Positions 61,374 through 64,000 of a stretch of DNA of 64,000 bases are shown piece by piece. Origin of the DNA: Marsupella aquatica. Its lineage: Eukaryota; Plantae; Marchantiophyta. Location of the stretch: assembly GCA_973895155.1 (NCBI GenBank), contig OZ316894.1, forward strand, positions 991,968-1,055,967, given 5' to 3'. A program made the position numbers and the translations under genes. The notes under the pieces were generated by a model. It had not been told where the DNA came from. It saw only the letters and a program-made list of their open reading frames with translations, and made no database searches. Numbering within the stretch: the stretch's first letter is position 1; the number at the start of each line of letters is the position of its first letter.

Positions 61374-62380
61374 CTACTTCCTCTCTAGGAATTTGGCAAA
61401 ACAAATTGCCTCCACGTGGCCCACTTTCCCGCAAAAATCACAAGACAGGTCCTCAGCAACAATATCACATTCATTAGCCTTGTGATTAGGGTTACCACAA
61501 TAATTGCAAAATAGTAGCATGAAAACAACATGTGCTGGCTTGGGCTTGGAACCATATTGTGGCACACGGGAAGGAGTGGCCAGTGTAGGGGCAGCAGTCT
61601 GGTACCTAGATCTCGGTGGACGTGCAATACTAGCCTCATAATGTGCATGGGCCAACTCAAGTTTCTCAGCAATGTCATAGACATTGAGCAATGTGTAGCT
61701 GTCTCCAAACTCTGAGAATACTTGCTGCAACACTTGCGAATGGAGAGCTGGTGTGCCCTCCAATGCACGAAGATAGTGATGAGCAGCCTCCAAGTCAGTG
61801 ATGCTCTGGGTGTCCTTCTTCAGTTTGAGAAGCCGACGATACATCATCTTCAATGTTTCATCGTGCTGCCTCACAAAGGTGGCCAATTGCATGATTTTGT
61901 CAACACTCTTGATTGGGAATTCCAATTCAAGAGCCTGGAAAACTCAGCCATTGGATCAGCAAAGGCAGGGGAATTAATGGTGGGAGAAATGCCCAATGTA
62001 GCCTGTGCCAAGATAGTGGGAGTAACTAGCGCAGTGGTAGGAACTGGAGTAGGAGGGGAAGTGGCAGGAGCAGCAGCATGGGCTGCAATGGCATTCTGTA
62101 AGACCAATTGTGAGGCTGTCGCAATTGCACTAGCATAGGTAGGGTTAGGCAATTGGGTGACAGCAAGCAGCCGTTGAGAATGCTGCTAGCTCATACACAT
62201 CCAAAGCCTCATGGTGCACATACCGGGCTAGCTACTTAAATGCAAATGCATTTGTGAAATTGCTGCCGTACGTCAACTCCAATTCGTAAATGATAATGTA
62301 AAAAGTGGATTTGAACTCATGCAAAGAAACAGTGCCTGGCCGCCTGCTGAAGTGCTCAATGTGGCCAGATGAGTGGCTGG
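61374..62380 (-). pseudogene. Retrotransposon Gag with two zinc knuckles
   Basis: GHIEHFSRRPGTVSLHEFK..EFP..MQLATFVRQHDETLKMMYRRL.., then CNYCGNPNHKANEC and CDFCGKVGHVEAIC (CX2CX4HX4C). Confidence 0.88.
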
Positions 62381-64000
62381 CATCCATGCTATATATCAAT
62401 GAAGCTGGAATAACCACTGATGCAGAAGGAGAAAAAGGCAAAGAAGCAATAGCAGGCTTTGGGGTAGTGGTGAAGCGACCACCAAATATAACAGAAGGAT
62501 TGCGTGGTGTGGGTGCTGCTGCTGTCTGTTGACGTCGTCAAACTTGTCGAGACTCCAATGAAATTGGCACCAACGGTCGTGGATCACTCTGCAAGTAGTA
62601 CCTGGGTGTCGGTGGCGATGAGCTGCTTTGACTCGGCTCCTCTGCTGACATGCTGCATGCTCACCTGGGGTGCCGATGGGAAAGAAACTGACAAGAAAAA
62701 GGAGTGGCAACCCAAGGCTAGGAAATGAAACCCACAAAGGAAACAAACAATGCGAGGCAGAAATGTGTAAGCGCCGAAAAACCGTCAAAGTCTATGCAGA
62801 TGACATGTGGCGACAGCAAAGAAATCCGGGAAGAATAGGCCCTTGAAAACGTGAATAGGGGCCCCCCTTAAGTGCATACATTGGGCCCCTTTAAAGTGTA
62901 TACGTCGGCCCCGATGTGGTCCCGAAAACTGGCAGCAAGGGTGCGCGTCGGTAGGAAATGAAAACCGGGCCAAGTGGGGACACGGTGCCCTATGCAGGTC
63001 GTCGATGGCAAGGCAAGAAAGAAACGGAAGAAATGACTCAAAAGGAAGGCGAGGGGAAAGAAAAACGGGCCTCAATTGCTCGAGCCCTGCATAGGGCTTC
63101 GTGCCATACGCCCTCCTTATGAGCTCCCAAACTCCCCTCCTTATAAATGCCCTGTAATTTGGGCCTTGTGCGTGGCAGGAGGACTCCCGAGAAGGGAGTC
63201 ATATGTACTCCCCTTCCCCCTTCTTTAATGCTAAAAGTGGGCTCCATGCCCTGCAGAAGGACTCCCGAAGGGAGTTGACGTTAAACCCCCCTCCCTCTTT
63301 AATTCTTCATAGGGCCTCGTGCCCTCCTTTTGCTTCCCCTCCTTAATGTTGTTGGATGGGCTTTGTGCCCTCTTCTTTCCTTGCGCTGCCTTGTGCTCAG
63401 CTCCCCCTCCTCCTCTCTTAATGCTTCATAGGGCCTTGTGCCCTCTCCCTCTCGGCTCTCGCTTGTACTCGCTCCCTCTCCCCTATTTTAAGTGCTGGCA
63501 ACCGGGGGGAAGGAAAGAAAATGGCAAGGGGGAAAGAAAGAAAATGGGTCCTAATCGAGTGGAGGGCATGATGCCCTACACATACCGGCAAGCAAAAGGA
63601 AAAGAAAACGGTAAGGAAAGACTGTCGCCCCCAATGTATACACAAAGGGAGAAGGGCGCCCTACGAACACAGTCGCGAGGCGGCAATAAACCTGGCGTGC
63701 GATGCTTTACGTGGCTTTGAGCAAGAGTAAGGCATCGACCTGCAACCCGTGGCTTGTAGTCAGCCGGAAGGTAGCATTGCGCAGAGAGGTGCAGCCGAGA
63801 AGGGGCGTGCGGCCCTATGCAGACGGCCCCTCCTGCAAAAACATTGCAAAACTGGCCCAAAAAAGGCTCGGGGGGATCACTTCCACGGAAGTGGCACATC
63901 ACGTGCGACGAAGTATAGGCCCATTTAAATGGGTGTGGCAGAAGACTTCCAAAGTTTGGTGGAAGAACACATAGGGCATGTTTTATTGACTGATCGACTT

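Larger units (their letters stand above)
57452..64000 (-). mobile_element. Degenerate Ty3/Gypsy retrotransposon: gag - protease - DNA cytosine methyltransferase - RT (3' truncated inside RT); 5' boundary/LTR not identified
   Basis: Minus-strand order: Gag with two CCHC knuckles, LDTSAQPVILG protease, DNMT motifs I-X, Gypsy RT start. Many TAG/TGA stops break one long ancestral frame. Confidence 0.9.

Noticed and set aside
62800-64000. 5' LTR and PBS of the retrotransposon
   Set aside because: The region has short internal repeats, but I could not find a convincing TG..CA boundary or PBS, and the 3' LTR is missing.

Overview
Eukaryotic plant nuclear DNA with GT-AG introns, most likely from a liverwort. 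That assignment is an inference from a Marchantia-like plastid atpA insert and an alpha/beta-hydrolase of the type found in liverwort NLR-like genes. Apparently intact host genes: NDUFA12 (complex I B17.2, +, 5 exons), an HpcH/HpaI aldolase with an unusual repeat N-terminus (-) and EndoU (-). There is also a probable pseudo-hydrolase and two orphan ORFs. Decayed sequence includes a Kolobok-type DDE transposase with introns, a 2OG-Fe(II) dioxygenase pseudogene whose 5' part is inverted, a calnexin fragment, an atpA NUPT and several tandem repeats. Two things stand out. (1) At 57.4-64 kb, a Ty3/Gypsy retrotransposon carries a complete C5 cytosine methyltransferase domain between protease and reverse transcriptase, in frame with the RT. 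(2) At 30.9-33.6 kb, six co-oriented paralogous hairpins share a conserved 3' arm, have unrelated loops and show compensatory base changes, which suggests a polycistronic miRNA cluster of a family I do not recognise. All calls were made by eye, with no database searches or folding programs.
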